A stretch of 64,000 nt of DNA, from positions 3,532 to 67,531 of IMG/VR virus record IMGVR_UViG_3300010885_016694. One strand, written 5' to 3'. Under the pieces are notes generated by a model, which saw nothing but the letters and a program-made list of their open reading frames with translations, searched no databases and was not told where the DNA came from. The position numbers and the translations under genes were made by a program. Position 1 is the stretch's first letter; every line of letters begins with the position of its first letter. This stretch comes from a virus. Positions 29,501 through 38,293 of this stretch are shown here, one piece after another.

Positions 29501-30090
29501 ATCTTGGATCTTCTATGATAGATTCGGTTACTGGGTTTTTTAAATCAGATCCTGTTAGTAAAATTAAAAAATTTGAAAGTATTGATTCTGGTAAAATATA
29601 TGAATTAGGATTAGGATTAAAATTTATGGGTGAAGGTCTTAGGAGTTTAACCACCGACCTTAATTTAACAAATTTAATTAAAGACTTGACCTTAATGGCT
29701 AAACCAGTCATAGATTTGGCATATGGTATATCCGAATTTTCTGATGCATACAAAAAATTTCAAGCGGTACAGATGGAATCTGATTTAAATCAGATTAAAA
29801 ATATAAATGTACAGAATGATAACGGAATAAAAGAAGCAATAACTCAATCATCTGAATTACAATTGGATATTATGAGAGATCAATTAGTAGAATTGAGAAG
29901 AAGTAACCAATTGATGGAGGTTCTAGTGGCAAATGGAGCTAATTCTGGATCACCATCATTCCAAAATGCTGGGATGATGTCTCCTATGGCGTCTAATGGA
30001 TCAAACGAAACTTATACTAGTCCTTCTTTTAATACAAAAGGGCATTATAGAGATAATTTAAAATTATTAGCCATGTCTTTTCAGGGATAA
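26542..30090 (+). CDS. Tape measure protein
   Basis: About 1180 aa, helical Ala/Gly-rich with many hydrophobic segments and W-spaced repeats; between hub and gp48-like genes; GTG 6 nt after TATAAATA. Confidence 0.8.
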   Translation: MDDTKLISNLDSITKQLQKIAATIGISVGISDKGGKPKLKSTLDTSEKARTRAIAKETADEYKKVLGIGFKKSDSESNVKIFDDKLKITSFFKNTESVFKKISKSVDSLVTINANTSTKSINGISASNQILSSIASKIKDYTSNFLSLEKKFDLPEEGSKDYTSIFDKLQTTLNSIFNNTKKDYTQNLKTVETSLSRISSNLPKDYTSIFSKLQTSLNSIFNNTKKDYTQNLKNVETSLSRISSNLPKDYTTNFQAIEGSLNSIATNTPKDYTTNFQAIEGSLNSIATNVPKDYELNFQAIEGSLNSIATNVPKDYESYFQAIQSSLLIVSTNVPKDYEPIFTETNSKLETIKKGILDLFGSIPNGRDIARGWDLLLRRMKWESFRTIVTDYFVRAELAATGLNEKLSELIQVNTDILNKKPKDSGGGSMNLGNIAGLMALGVGLVLIINALVKSNMIDTGNLLKVLGVVGAVVAMFIFVGKVGGGIKSAAVGFGILSATILFLIIPMMLALTKIDASTLIEGLIKLGVVFATCIGVLKLMSMIKSSEVIQNTKGFGLFALIVGFLVIPLITHITSIPYEQLIEGLVKLALVFGACLLAMKGAEQIKGGEVMKSMGGVLILSLMLKFLIIPMLLEMANLDWTLLLKGLANAGLAIIGMGAIAYVIGQLSKKGGANMLMGAATMLALSFVVGYLGDSLTKVANKDWKEIFKGLGLATLAIVAFGLAVAAIGALVANPVAALLLGAGAIAIVGLSFVAGYMADSLSKFAGHDWNEITNGISGSAMAMWTFGKTVAKMGVLAVLAAPFMVAGGAVLMKLAHVSGLLASNLQQFAGRPWDEIVPGLRGASDGMWSFAKTVAGMGAIVKIFGSSVMDTGSAVLYDLSILAGVLANNLMEFADKPWDSIIGGLESSTVAMAKFGLFVAGVGVFSKLMEMGIDVVYKISDLIGNIAENLFKYAGVDQINFEQIGKGLIFLGEGLKGMFMGSLGNLGSSMIDSVTGFFKSDPVSKIKKFESIDSGKIYELGLGLKFMGEGLRSLTTDLNLTNLIKDLTLMAKPVIDLAYGISEFSDAYKKFQAVQMESDLNQIKNINVQNDNGIKEAITQSSELQLDIMRDQLVELRRSNQLMEVLVANGANSGSPSFQNAGMMSPMASNGSNETYTSPSFNTKGHYRDNLKLLAMSFQG
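27019..27560 (+). repeat. 66-bp / 22-aa KDY tandem repeats (8 full units plus a partial)
   Basis: KDY recurs every 66 nt from 27019 to 27547 with near-identical DNA copies. Confidence 0.92.
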
Positions 30091-30123
30091 GCCTGTATCT
30101 AATTTGAGTGGTTAAATAATTCT

Positions 30124-31593
30124 ATGGCAGAAGAAGATAAAATTAGAATAACTAAACAAAAAACAGAGTCCCAAAACGGGAATCTTCGTTATGCTAAGAG
30201 ATATTCTAACAACACTTTTGAATATTCTGGATTTGCCTCTCAAGCAGAAGCCGAAAAATTTTTAGATGAAAAAAAGAATATAGAAACTATAAAGGAGAAC
30301 ACTCCATATCAAGAATCTATACCAGCAGCACAAACGGTTAGTTCAGCATTTAATCAACCATCTGATAAGATACTAAATACCCCCACACAACAAACAGATA
30401 GTGTAATAAATGTGGTTAGAGATTATGACTGGACTTATTCTAAAAATAAAATAAAAAAATGGACCGAAATACCTTACGTTTCTATACAAGAATTTAAACT
30501 TGCGGGAAATTCTTATCTGTCTTCCTTGATGTCATCAGCTTTGTTATTTCCTGATGTGTTGGAAAGTAGTTACGGAGAAGGTACGATAGCAAAAAATTTA
30601 TATGACATATTAAAAAGTGATTTTGGTAATAATGAATTTGGTAAATTTATGGGAGCAATAGGGGACAATGCAAATAAAGTCACCGAAAAACTACAAAAGG
30701 GGGTATATGATTTTGCTAATAGAATTTCTGATCAAGTTAAAGGTATAGATACTACAGCAGAAGCATGGAAAAGCATAACGGGAGATGATGATTTAAAGAA
30801 GAAGTATGCATATCTTTATATAAGAGAGAAGACAGGAAGAAATTACAAATTTCCTTATTTTGAAAAGGGATATATTAATATATCCAATGATTTTTCCGAT
30901 ACTTACAGTAATGCTAATGAATTACAAGAAATGGCAGCAGGATTTTCCAAATTAGCAGAAAAGACTGCTGGAATGATGAACCTAGCATCCATAACGGAAC
31001 CGGGTATGTTTATTCAACGTCCAAAGTTTTTTAATTTTGCAAATAGTGAATTCACTATTGATGTTAATTTTTATCTTTTTAATACTATAACACCAAATGC
31101 TTATTTAAAAAATTTGGATTTAATAACAAAATTATTAATACAGAATACACCACATAGACATAATCGTATTTTGGTAGATCCTCCAGCTATATATGAATTA
31201 AGAGTACCTGGTAGGGGATTTTATCCATATACTTTTATATCCAAATTGGAAGTTAGCCACGAGGGCACAAAAAGAATTTTAACAGTAAACAGTAAAGATA
31301 CAATTGTTCCAGATGCATTTAGAATTTCATTATCATTTAAATCATTAACAAATGAAGTTAATAATTTCATGATACCTGAAATGGGTACTGCTGGTATTGA
31401 TGTATCTAAAAGAAGTACTTCGGTTAGAGATGCGGTAATAAATGCTATAAATGGTACTAGTAGTAATCCTTCACCAAATCCAAAATTGGATACAACATCG
31501 TCTCCTATTGGAGGATCGGCAACAATATCTACAGGAACAAGAAATTCAACACCAGCGCAAGCTGGGTTTTTACCAAGTGTTAAAACAATATAA
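30124..31593 (+). CDS. Baseplate tube cap/initiator (gp48-like)
   Basis: PPAIYELRVPG...FISKLEVS...VPDAFRISLSFKSL; located after the tape measure. Confidence 0.6.
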   Translation: MAEEDKIRITKQKTESQNGNLRYAKRYSNNTFEYSGFASQAEAEKFLDEKKNIETIKENTPYQESIPAAQTVSSAFNQPSDKILNTPTQQTDSVINVVRDYDWTYSKNKIKKWTEIPYVSIQEFKLAGNSYLSSLMSSALLFPDVLESSYGEGTIAKNLYDILKSDFGNNEFGKFMGAIGDNANKVTEKLQKGVYDFANRISDQVKGIDTTAEAWKSITGDDDLKKKYAYLYIREKTGRNYKFPYFEKGYINISNDFSDTYSNANELQEMAAGFSKLAEKTAGMMNLASITEPGMFIQRPKFFNFANSEFTIDVNFYLFNTITPNAYLKNLDLITKLLIQNTPHRHNRILVDPPAIYELRVPGRGFYPYTFISKLEVSHEGTKRILTVNSKDTIVPDAFRISLSFKSLTNEVNNFMIPEMGTAGIDVSKRSTSVRDAVINAINGTSSNPSPNPKLDTTSSPIGGSATISTGTRNSTPAQAGFLPSVKTI

Positions 31594-31595
31594 TT

Positions 31596-31946
31596 ATGGA
31601 AAAAATAACAATAACGCATAATCCAGAAAGATATGAAAATATTTTTAATATGTATCAATTTGATACTGAAGCTAAAGATACATATGTTTTTTATAATATA
31701 TTAAGTAAAATTGTTATACCAGCAAATTTGGATGATAATATATATGAATATTATATTATTGATTCTGAAATGCCTTTTACAACATTAAGTTATAAATTTT
31801 ACAAAACACAACATTTATGGTGGTTGATATTAGCAGTAAATAATTTAAAAAATCCAGTTAAATTAATTAAAGCGGGATCAACAATTAAAATATTAAAAAG
31901 TGAATATTTGGGAATCATATATAGTGCTATAAAACAAAAAATATAA
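31596..31946 (+). CDS. Baseplate wedge protein (gp53-like, LysM-like)
   Basis: LSYKFYKTQHLWWLILAVNNLKNP. Confidence 0.8.
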   Translation: MEKITITHNPERYENIFNMYQFDTEAKDTYVFYNILSKIVIPANLDDNIYEYYIIDSEMPFTTLSYKFYKTQHLWWLILAVNNLKNPVKLIKAGSTIKILKSEYLGIIYSAIKQKI

Positions 31947-31947
31947 A

Positions 31948-33492
31948 ATGGCTGCAAATACTTCTAGTAGTTTCGATAAATCTCATTTTTATGCAAAATA
32001 TGGAAATGAAGAATTTGTGTTTTCCATATATATGGCAAACAATGAAGGATATTTTACATATTTGAATAGAAATTCTTTGTTATTCCTTGAAATCGACGAT
32101 AACATTTTTAATCCGTTTCATTCTGCCACAATGATTGTAGCAAATGATCAAAACGTAATAGAAAAATCGTCATCTCCTTATGTATTTTTAGGAAATGGTA
32201 GGGATGTAGTTAATATAGAAATAATGCCTACTGCTACGGGAGAATTTGACAAGGATAAAGATGATGAAAAAATGAAAGAATGGTTGAGACTAAAATTTAA
32301 TTTTGTTGTAGTCGAAGCTACCGAAGTCACTTATAATAATACAGTATGTAAAAAGTTGGTTTTGGTTGAATGGGCACAATATGCAATGTCTGAAAATATA
32401 TGTAATATTTTTGGGATGCAAAAAGCTGGGGCAGTGGTTGGAAATTATATGGAAACCAATGCGGGAAACGGAAAACCAACTGGTGATATAATAAAGGCTA
32501 TTTTATATGCTGTTTATAATGACAATAATCCTTCCGAAGATTTGTTTTTTAAAGATGTAAAAACAAATCAAAAAATATTTGATGAAGATGGAGAATCTCA
32601 ATTAAATTTAAATCCTTATGGAGTTATGTCATACATGGAAATATTAAATTATGTTTTAACATTTCATTCATATAAAAAATCTCCATGTTTATTGCAATAT
32701 GATAGACATCAAAAGAAATTTTTATTAATTTCTCTATACACTGCGTTTAAATCTCATGTTGATAATGTCATAGAAACTTTAAAATTCCCTGCATTAAGCC
32801 AATCAAATTCTAATACTAGTGATAAAAAAGAAGGATCGTCTATTGTATGGAACACATTTCCAGTAACTTTTGAAGAATCTAAAATAAATCAATTTTACAT
32901 AGAATCACCGTCATGCAAAGATAATATTATATTGGCGGGAAATGCTGGTATAATGTCGTGTTCCAGATCGTATAAATCAATGGTTTTTAATTTAAAAACT
33001 TTAAACAGTGAATCATTTATGAAAGACTATTATGATTTATTTGTAAAACCATTTAAAGATTTATTTTCTAAAGACGGAAATCAAAAATACGAAGTTTTTC
33101 CTAATTTTTATCCAAATCCAAATAAGAAAAATAATTATGATACTCATAAGGGTGTTCTTCCCCCAGAAATGGATGAGAAAAAATATTTAAATCAAAAATT
33201 ATCATCTTTATTGTATTTAAATAATACATATCAATTTAAATTAACTGGAAAAACACATAGAAAGTCATTATCTTTTGTAGATGTAATAAAAACTGCCGAA
33301 AATAAAGATGGAAGATTCACAGCAACTAAATATGATATGAATGTTTTAGGTAGACATTTTATCACAAGTGTTAAACATGTTTTTGAATTTAATACTTATA
33401 GAAATGAAATGGAAACCATAAAACCATATAGATTAGTTGATGGTGACGAAAATGGAACTACATTAGAAGAATTTTTACAGAAAGGTATATAA
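31948..33492 (+). CDS. Baseplate hub protein (gp27-like)
   Basis: LEIDDNIFNPFHSATM N-terminus; GRHFITSVKHVF...NEM C-terminus. Confidence 0.6.
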   Translation: MAANTSSSFDKSHFYAKYGNEEFVFSIYMANNEGYFTYLNRNSLLFLEIDDNIFNPFHSATMIVANDQNVIEKSSSPYVFLGNGRDVVNIEIMPTATGEFDKDKDDEKMKEWLRLKFNFVVVEATEVTYNNTVCKKLVLVEWAQYAMSENICNIFGMQKAGAVVGNYMETNAGNGKPTGDIIKAILYAVYNDNNPSEDLFFKDVKTNQKIFDEDGESQLNLNPYGVMSYMEILNYVLTFHSYKKSPCLLQYDRHQKKFLLISLYTAFKSHVDNVIETLKFPALSQSNSNTSDKKEGSSIVWNTFPVTFEESKINQFYIESPSCKDNIILAGNAGIMSCSRSYKSMVFNLKTLNSESFMKDYYDLFVKPFKDLFSKDGNQKYEVFPNFYPNPNKKNNYDTHKGVLPPEMDEKKYLNQKLSSLLYLNNTYQFKLTGKTHRKSLSFVDVIKTAENKDGRFTATKYDMNVLGRHFITSVKHVFEFNTYRNEMETIKPYRLVDGDENGTTLEEFLQKGI

Positions 33493-33493
33493 T

Positions 33494-35326
33494 ATGTTTT
33501 ACGCTAACACGTTTCCCAAATTTTTAGAAGCAATAACAATAGGACCAAATCCAGATTTTTTAAAAAATAATACTACGAATTGTGATTTTGTAAGCGCATT
33601 TCCACAAGAAGTAGAACTTATGTATGACTGGAAAGCTGTAAAGCGTTCTTCTAACCCAATAAATGCTCTTAGAAATTTTACAAAAAAGTTTTTAATTTAT
33701 GGACCAGATTTGGACGTTCAAACTATAAACTTTTTTGTTAAAAAAGTAAGAGTATATCCACCATATTATGCAGATGTCATTTTACAAGAAGTGGAGTATG
33801 CGTTTGATAAAGTGAAATTGATATCAAATCCATCTGACGTACTCCCAACTCAACCAAACAATACTCCAATAAAAGGAGATTTTATTAATAACAATACAAG
33901 CATACATGAGGATAACAGTTTTTTAAATAAATTAGCACAAATGCTTAAAACTTGTAAAAGACCTTGTAATTATTTTACTCCTAAATCATCTAGTATTGGA
34001 ACATTAGCAGATTTTGGAAGAGCAATGAGTGATAGCGCATCAATTTTAGCTGCTGCGGGTGATGAAATGTTACATGCTCCAGTTAATATTGCTACTAATA
34101 TTTTAAATAAAATTAAACCTCAAGTAAGAGGTGAATTTTTTAAATTAAAAATAGCAACACAAGATTTATATCGTGATGGCGTAAAGCCATTCTTCTCAGA
34201 TAAAGATAGAGAAAGAGTAAAGTCACAAATATCTAGCGGACAATCGCCAGATACTACATTTGCTCGACTACCATTGACAGGAGATACGCAAACATACTTT
34301 ACCGTATCCGAAGTTCATTCGGAAATACAAGCAAAAATACAAGAAGCACTGGGAGACTGTCACAGACAACATGAATATGGACAAAGATATAATCCATATG
34401 ATCCAATGATGAATTCGGCATATGCAAAAAGAAAATACATGGGTATTAAAAATGGTAATGTTAAATCGTTAGTTGATATAATGGGATCTCCAGCACCTGC
34501 TCAATATGCTACGGAAAATACATTTGCTAATGCCTTAGATTGCGTTAAAAATAACCAAGAATACACAAGATTTGAAGATGCCAAGAAAGCACCAACATAT
34601 AATACATATGATGGACCGTCTAAAGGTGCAGAACAGGTGGTAACTGCTGGTGGTGGTAGCACAGTAAGCCCAGCACAGGCTGCTGGGGCACAACCTGCTG
34701 CTGGTGCAGGTTTAGAAAATGTACCAGCAACTGGAAAAGAAATACAATTTGATTTCGGTGAAGTTAAATTAACCGCATATGGATATGCTGAAGACGAATG
34801 TCCAGATTCTGGATCTGAAATTGGATTGGGTAATGCTAGTAATATGATTATTCCTATGAAAACCGTTGCTATAAATCCAGAAGCATATAAAGCATATGGA
34901 ATTAAACCGTTTGATGTATTAATCATAACAGTAGTTGACAAAGCAGGAAATACATGGATTGAACGCAGACAAGTAGGAGATACTTCAGCAGCACTTGGCA
35001 AATTAGGAACTAAATTTAAAATGGTTATTGATGAATTTTTGCCAACAAAAAAAGGAAGTAAACTAGCAGATAGAACTGCTCAACTTAAATTAAAAATACA
35101 AATAGCAGATACAAAAGAACCTAAAGTTTTATGGAATCCTCAACAAGCATCTCAATTTGCTCCTATGTTTATATGCAAAACTGATTGGGATCGTGTTAAA
35201 TTAAGAGGCCCAGCAGCAACTTCTGGATTTGTAAAAGCCAAAATGGATTCGGAATATAGACAATATTGTAAATGGAATGATGGTGATAAAGTGAAACAGA
35301 AAATTATTGACAGTAAAGGTTGTTAA
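33494..35326 (+). CDS. Baseplate-associated protein with C-terminal 3D/double-psi-barrel-like peptidoglycan hydrolase domain
   Basis: KLTAYG...TVAINP...GDT...IDEF; located after the hub gene. Confidence 0.55.
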   Translation: MFYANTFPKFLEAITIGPNPDFLKNNTTNCDFVSAFPQEVELMYDWKAVKRSSNPINALRNFTKKFLIYGPDLDVQTINFFVKKVRVYPPYYADVILQEVEYAFDKVKLISNPSDVLPTQPNNTPIKGDFINNNTSIHEDNSFLNKLAQMLKTCKRPCNYFTPKSSSIGTLADFGRAMSDSASILAAAGDEMLHAPVNIATNILNKIKPQVRGEFFKLKIATQDLYRDGVKPFFSDKDRERVKSQISSGQSPDTTFARLPLTGDTQTYFTVSEVHSEIQAKIQEALGDCHRQHEYGQRYNPYDPMMNSAYAKRKYMGIKNGNVKSLVDIMGSPAPAQYATENTFANALDCVKNNQEYTRFEDAKKAPTYNTYDGPSKGAEQVVTAGGGSTVSPAQAAGAQPAAGAGLENVPATGKEIQFDFGEVKLTAYGYAEDECPDSGSEIGLGNASNMIIPMKTVAINPEAYKAYGIKPFDVLIITVVDKAGNTWIERRQVGDTSAALGKLGTKFKMVIDEFLPTKKGSKLADRTAQLKLKIQIADTKEPKVLWNPQQASQFAPMFICKTDWDRVKLRGPAATSGFVKAKMDSEYRQYCKWNDGDKVKQKIIDSKGC

Positions 35327-35781
35327 TTTGGGGTTATATTAATGATTTTAGCTGATTTATTCATTAATTCTTTAAGAATTTCATCTCTTGAAGCAATTAA
35401 TGCTGTAGTTGTTTTGACTTCAAGCTCTTCTCGTTTGCTGGCAACATCCATCTCTTTAATTTTTACAGAATTTTGAAGTTTATCTTTGTTAATTACAATT
35501 TTATTTAAAATTTCTAATGCTCCTGAAGTGGATTTTATTAATTCAGCCAAAGAAATGACATCGTCCGCAGTTGGGGCAGCTTGTACATTATCTTTTATAT
35601 ATTCTACAGATTCTGTGGCGTTTTCAACTAGTCTACTTGCATATTGAATTACAAATTTTTCTAAATGTTCTTTGGTTAAGTCAGATTGCATCTGATTTAC
35701 TTTCTTTGCAATAACAGGAACAGTTTTTAATTGATCTAAAATGGAATTTACAGTATCATTTAATTCACTATCGTCAGACAT
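35323..35781 (-). CDS. Probable terminase small subunit (gp16-like)
   Basis: Helical core LVENATESVEYI...LAELIKS and C-terminal TTALIASRDEILKEL; TAAATA-N5-ATG 35781. Confidence 0.6.
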   Translation of the reverse strand: MSDDSELNDTVNSILDQLKTVPVIAKKVNQMQSDLTKEHLEKFVIQYASRLVENATESVEYIKDNVQAAPTADDVISLAELIKSTSGALEILNKIVINKDKLQNSVKIKEMDVASKREELEVKTTTALIASRDEILKELMNKSAKIINITPN

Positions 35782-35831
35782 GAAAATATTTAGGCGAAAA
35801 TGTCTTGCTTTCCAGCACAAAGTATAGTATT

Positions 35832-36311
35832 ATGAATAAAACTATGCCATTTACAAACTCTCCATTTCCACATATTAAGATATGTTTCGTAAAGACCCAC
35901 GAAAATGCACGGCTACCACAAAGAAACAACAACGAACCATTAATTGGTGATACAGGATATGACATTTATGCAGTAGAAAAAGTAAATATTGATCCTCATA
36001 GTACTATAACAGTTCCTATTGGGCTGGATATTGGCTTTATACAAAGGGGATACTGGATTCGGATTGAATCTAGATCAGGAATGTTCTTCAGGCACGGGAT
36101 TACGGCATTTCCCGGTGTGATCGACTGTTCATACAGGGGCAAATTGGGAGCAGCATTGATTAATAATACGGATACACCTTATATAGTTCAGGCTGGTGAT
36201 CGAATTGCACAACTAGTTGTGTATAAATTGATTGAACCAGAGGTTTGTTGGGTGGAAATCAAGGACGAAACAAGTAGAGGTGATAAAGGATTTGGCTCAT
36301 CAGGACGATAA
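35832..36311 (+). CDS. dut: dUTPase (trimeric)
   Basis: GYDI, SRSG, GVIDCSYRG, GDRIAQL, RGDKGFGSSG motifs; exact start uncertain (35832 or 35844). Confidence 0.96.
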   Translation: MNKTMPFTNSPFPHIKICFVKTHENARLPQRNNNEPLIGDTGYDIYAVEKVNIDPHSTITVPIGLDIGFIQRGYWIRIESRSGMFFRHGITAFPGVIDCSYRGKLGAALINNTDTPYIVQAGDRIAQLVVYKLIEPEVCWVEIKDETSRGDKGFGSSGR

Positions 36312-36312
36312 T

Positions 36313-37248
36313 ATGAACTTCAATACTCTTTGGTGTGAAAAATATAGACCGAAAACACTAGAATCACTATGTGTATCGGATGAAACAAGAGAAATCTTGG
36401 AGTCTTATAAGAAGAATAGGGATATTCCACACTTGTTATTTGTGTCTACACCCGGTACTGGGAAGACTTCTACGGCTAAAATCATAGTCAATGACATTTT
36501 AAAGTGTGATTATCTGTATATTAATGCTTCGGATGAGAATGGAATTGACACAATTCGTCATAAAATCATTGGATTTTCTCAAACTAAGTCATTTGATGGT
36601 GGAATTAAGGTTGTTATTTTAGATGAGGCTGATTCTTTGAGTGGAGAAGGTGCCAGAGCACTCAGAAATGTTATGGAAGAGTATGCCCATAACACCAGAT
36701 TCATTCTTACAGCAAATTATAAGCACAGAATCATCGATCCAATCAGAAGTAGGTGTGTAATTCTTAATTTTGATCATAATATAGCAGATGTTGTTAAGCA
36801 TTGTGCTAAAATTTTGGGAAAAGAAGGTATTTCCATCACACAAGATCAAATTTTGGGATTTAGGACATTGATTAAGACCAATTTTCCCGATTTTAGGAAA
36901 ATGCTGAATGATTTACAGAAATATTCAACATCGGGATTACTTAATATCAGGAATTCTTTAGTATCGGAAGAGTTTGTGGAAGAATTGTATACAAATTTGA
37001 TTCAAAATGATATTATTTGTGTTAGAGAATTTATAATAAAGCATGAAATGACATTTCAGTCGGATTTTCATGCCTTGATGAAGGCTGTGTTAAATTTAAT
37101 TTATAACAAATCTATCGATACCTTAAAGAAAAAAGAAGCAATATTGACGATAGCCCATCATATGGATAGACATTCGCAAGTAATTGATGTCGAAATTAAT
37201 TGTTTTGCTTGTATGGTTGGATTATCCAAGATATTCCATTCCACTTAA
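36313..37248 (+). CDS. Clamp loader large subunit (T4 gp44/RFC-like AAA+)
   Basis: WCEKYRP, PGTGKTS, NASDENGID, ILDEAD, SRC motifs; ATG 36313 follows the dUTPase stop. Confidence 0.95.
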   Translation: MNFNTLWCEKYRPKTLESLCVSDETREILESYKKNRDIPHLLFVSTPGTGKTSTAKIIVNDILKCDYLYINASDENGIDTIRHKIIGFSQTKSFDGGIKVVILDEADSLSGEGARALRNVMEEYAHNTRFILTANYKHRIIDPIRSRCVILNFDHNIADVVKHCAKILGKEGISITQDQILGFRTLIKTNFPDFRKMLNDLQKYSTSGLLNIRNSLVSEEFVEELYTNLIQNDIICVREFIIKHEMTFQSDFHALMKAVLNLIYNKSIDTLKKKEAILTIAHHMDRHSQVIDVEINCFACMVGLSKIFHST

Positions 37249-37779
37249 ATATTCGGTGGTATATGATTCTTTCTTGACTTTAGTCTTTTTGACTTTTTCA
37301 ACAGGAATTTTAATATCAACTGTTGGGAGAGCATAGGTAACACCTTTGGCTCCACTTTCGACTTCACCAACCTCTTCTGGTTGGTGAATTTCTTTGTTGT
37401 CGTAATTGAATTGATCTGGGAACGGAGCAAGATTTGGATAAAAGTCTTTTACAACACATAAGCAGGAAGGAACTAGTACGTTATAATATCTTCTTCCTCC
37501 ACCTTGATCCTGCGCGACAGATAATATTACATGTCCAGTCATCATTTCTGGATTTCCACCATATCTTTGTGGTTGTGTATCATTAACACCAATTACTCTT
37601 AGGTGTTGTTTACTGTCAACTAAACTGTCTAAATCTTTTTTGACGTTATCATGAAGTTTTTTGTATTCTTCATGAGATTTATAAGTTTTCATTAATTCAA
37701 TATAGTCTCCAACCAAAAAACCACCTCTAGTTGCTCTGGTAATATTGGATTCAACCAATCTTATAAACTTTTTTTCCAT
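37222..37779 (-). CDS. Late hypothetical protein, candidate head-internal protein
   Basis: 185 aa; N-terminus KKFIRLVE; TAAATA-N5-ATG. Confidence 0.7.
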   Translation of the reverse strand: MEKKFIRLVESNITRATRGGFLVGDYIELMKTYKSHEEYKKLHDNVKKDLDSLVDSKQHLRVIGVNDTQPQRYGGNPEMMTGHVILSVAQDQGGGRRYYNVLVPSCLCVVKDFYPNLAPFPDQFNYDNKEIHQPEEVGEVESGAKGVTYALPTVDIKIPVEKVKKTKVKKESYTTEYLSGMEYLG

Positions 37780-37784
37780 AAGAT

Positions 37785-37806
37785 TATTTAGTGTGACTAT
37801 TAAATA
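37785..37806. promoter_or_regulatory. Back-to-back late promoters
   Basis: TATTTA 37785-37790 and TAAATA 37801-37806, each 5 nt from an ATG. Confidence 0.7.
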
Positions 37807-37811
37807 TTTTT

Positions 37812-38291
37812 ATGGGAAAAATCTTAATAAGCGATCTTCCAAAATCTCCATTGGGATCTCAAAATTATTTATATGCTGATCTGCACTTAGAATTACAACC
37901 AAGATATGATGTAAATAGTATTTTATTCCAAAATTCAGATGTTAATGATTTTAAAGTAGATTATGATATTAATGCTATTAGAAATTCATTAAAAAATCTA
38001 TTTACTACAACACCTGGTGAAAAGGTTTTAAACCCAGAATTTGGAATGGATTTAAGAAGATATTTGTTCGAACCAGCCACAATAGAAGTAGCCGAATTAA
38101 TACGAAGCCAGATATATACACAAATAGGAACATTCGAACCAAGAGTTAAACTAAACAGTGTTAAAATAACAGTATTTGAGGACGTTAATGAATTTGATAT
38201 TTCGATAAACTACAGCATACCTTCATTAAATATAAATAATGCATCAATGTTTGGTACGCTAAACAATAGTGGATATAATTACAGAACATAA
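37812..38291 (+). CDS. Baseplate wedge subunit (gp25-like)
   Basis: AIRNSLKNLFTTTPGEKVLNPEFG..L..YLFEP...FEPRV. Confidence 0.92.
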   Translation: MGKILISDLPKSPLGSQNYLYADLHLELQPRYDVNSILFQNSDVNDFKVDYDINAIRNSLKNLFTTTPGEKVLNPEFGMDLRRYLFEPATIEVAELIRSQIYTQIGTFEPRVKLNSVKITVFEDVNEFDISINYSIPSLNINNASMFGTLNNSGYNYRT

Positions 38292-38293
38292 AA

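Noticed and set aside
27774-29753. Antisense ORFs within the tape measure and other short overlapping ORFs in the track
   Set aside because: Fully nested opposite or out of frame to well-supported genes, with no start signals or recognisable motifs
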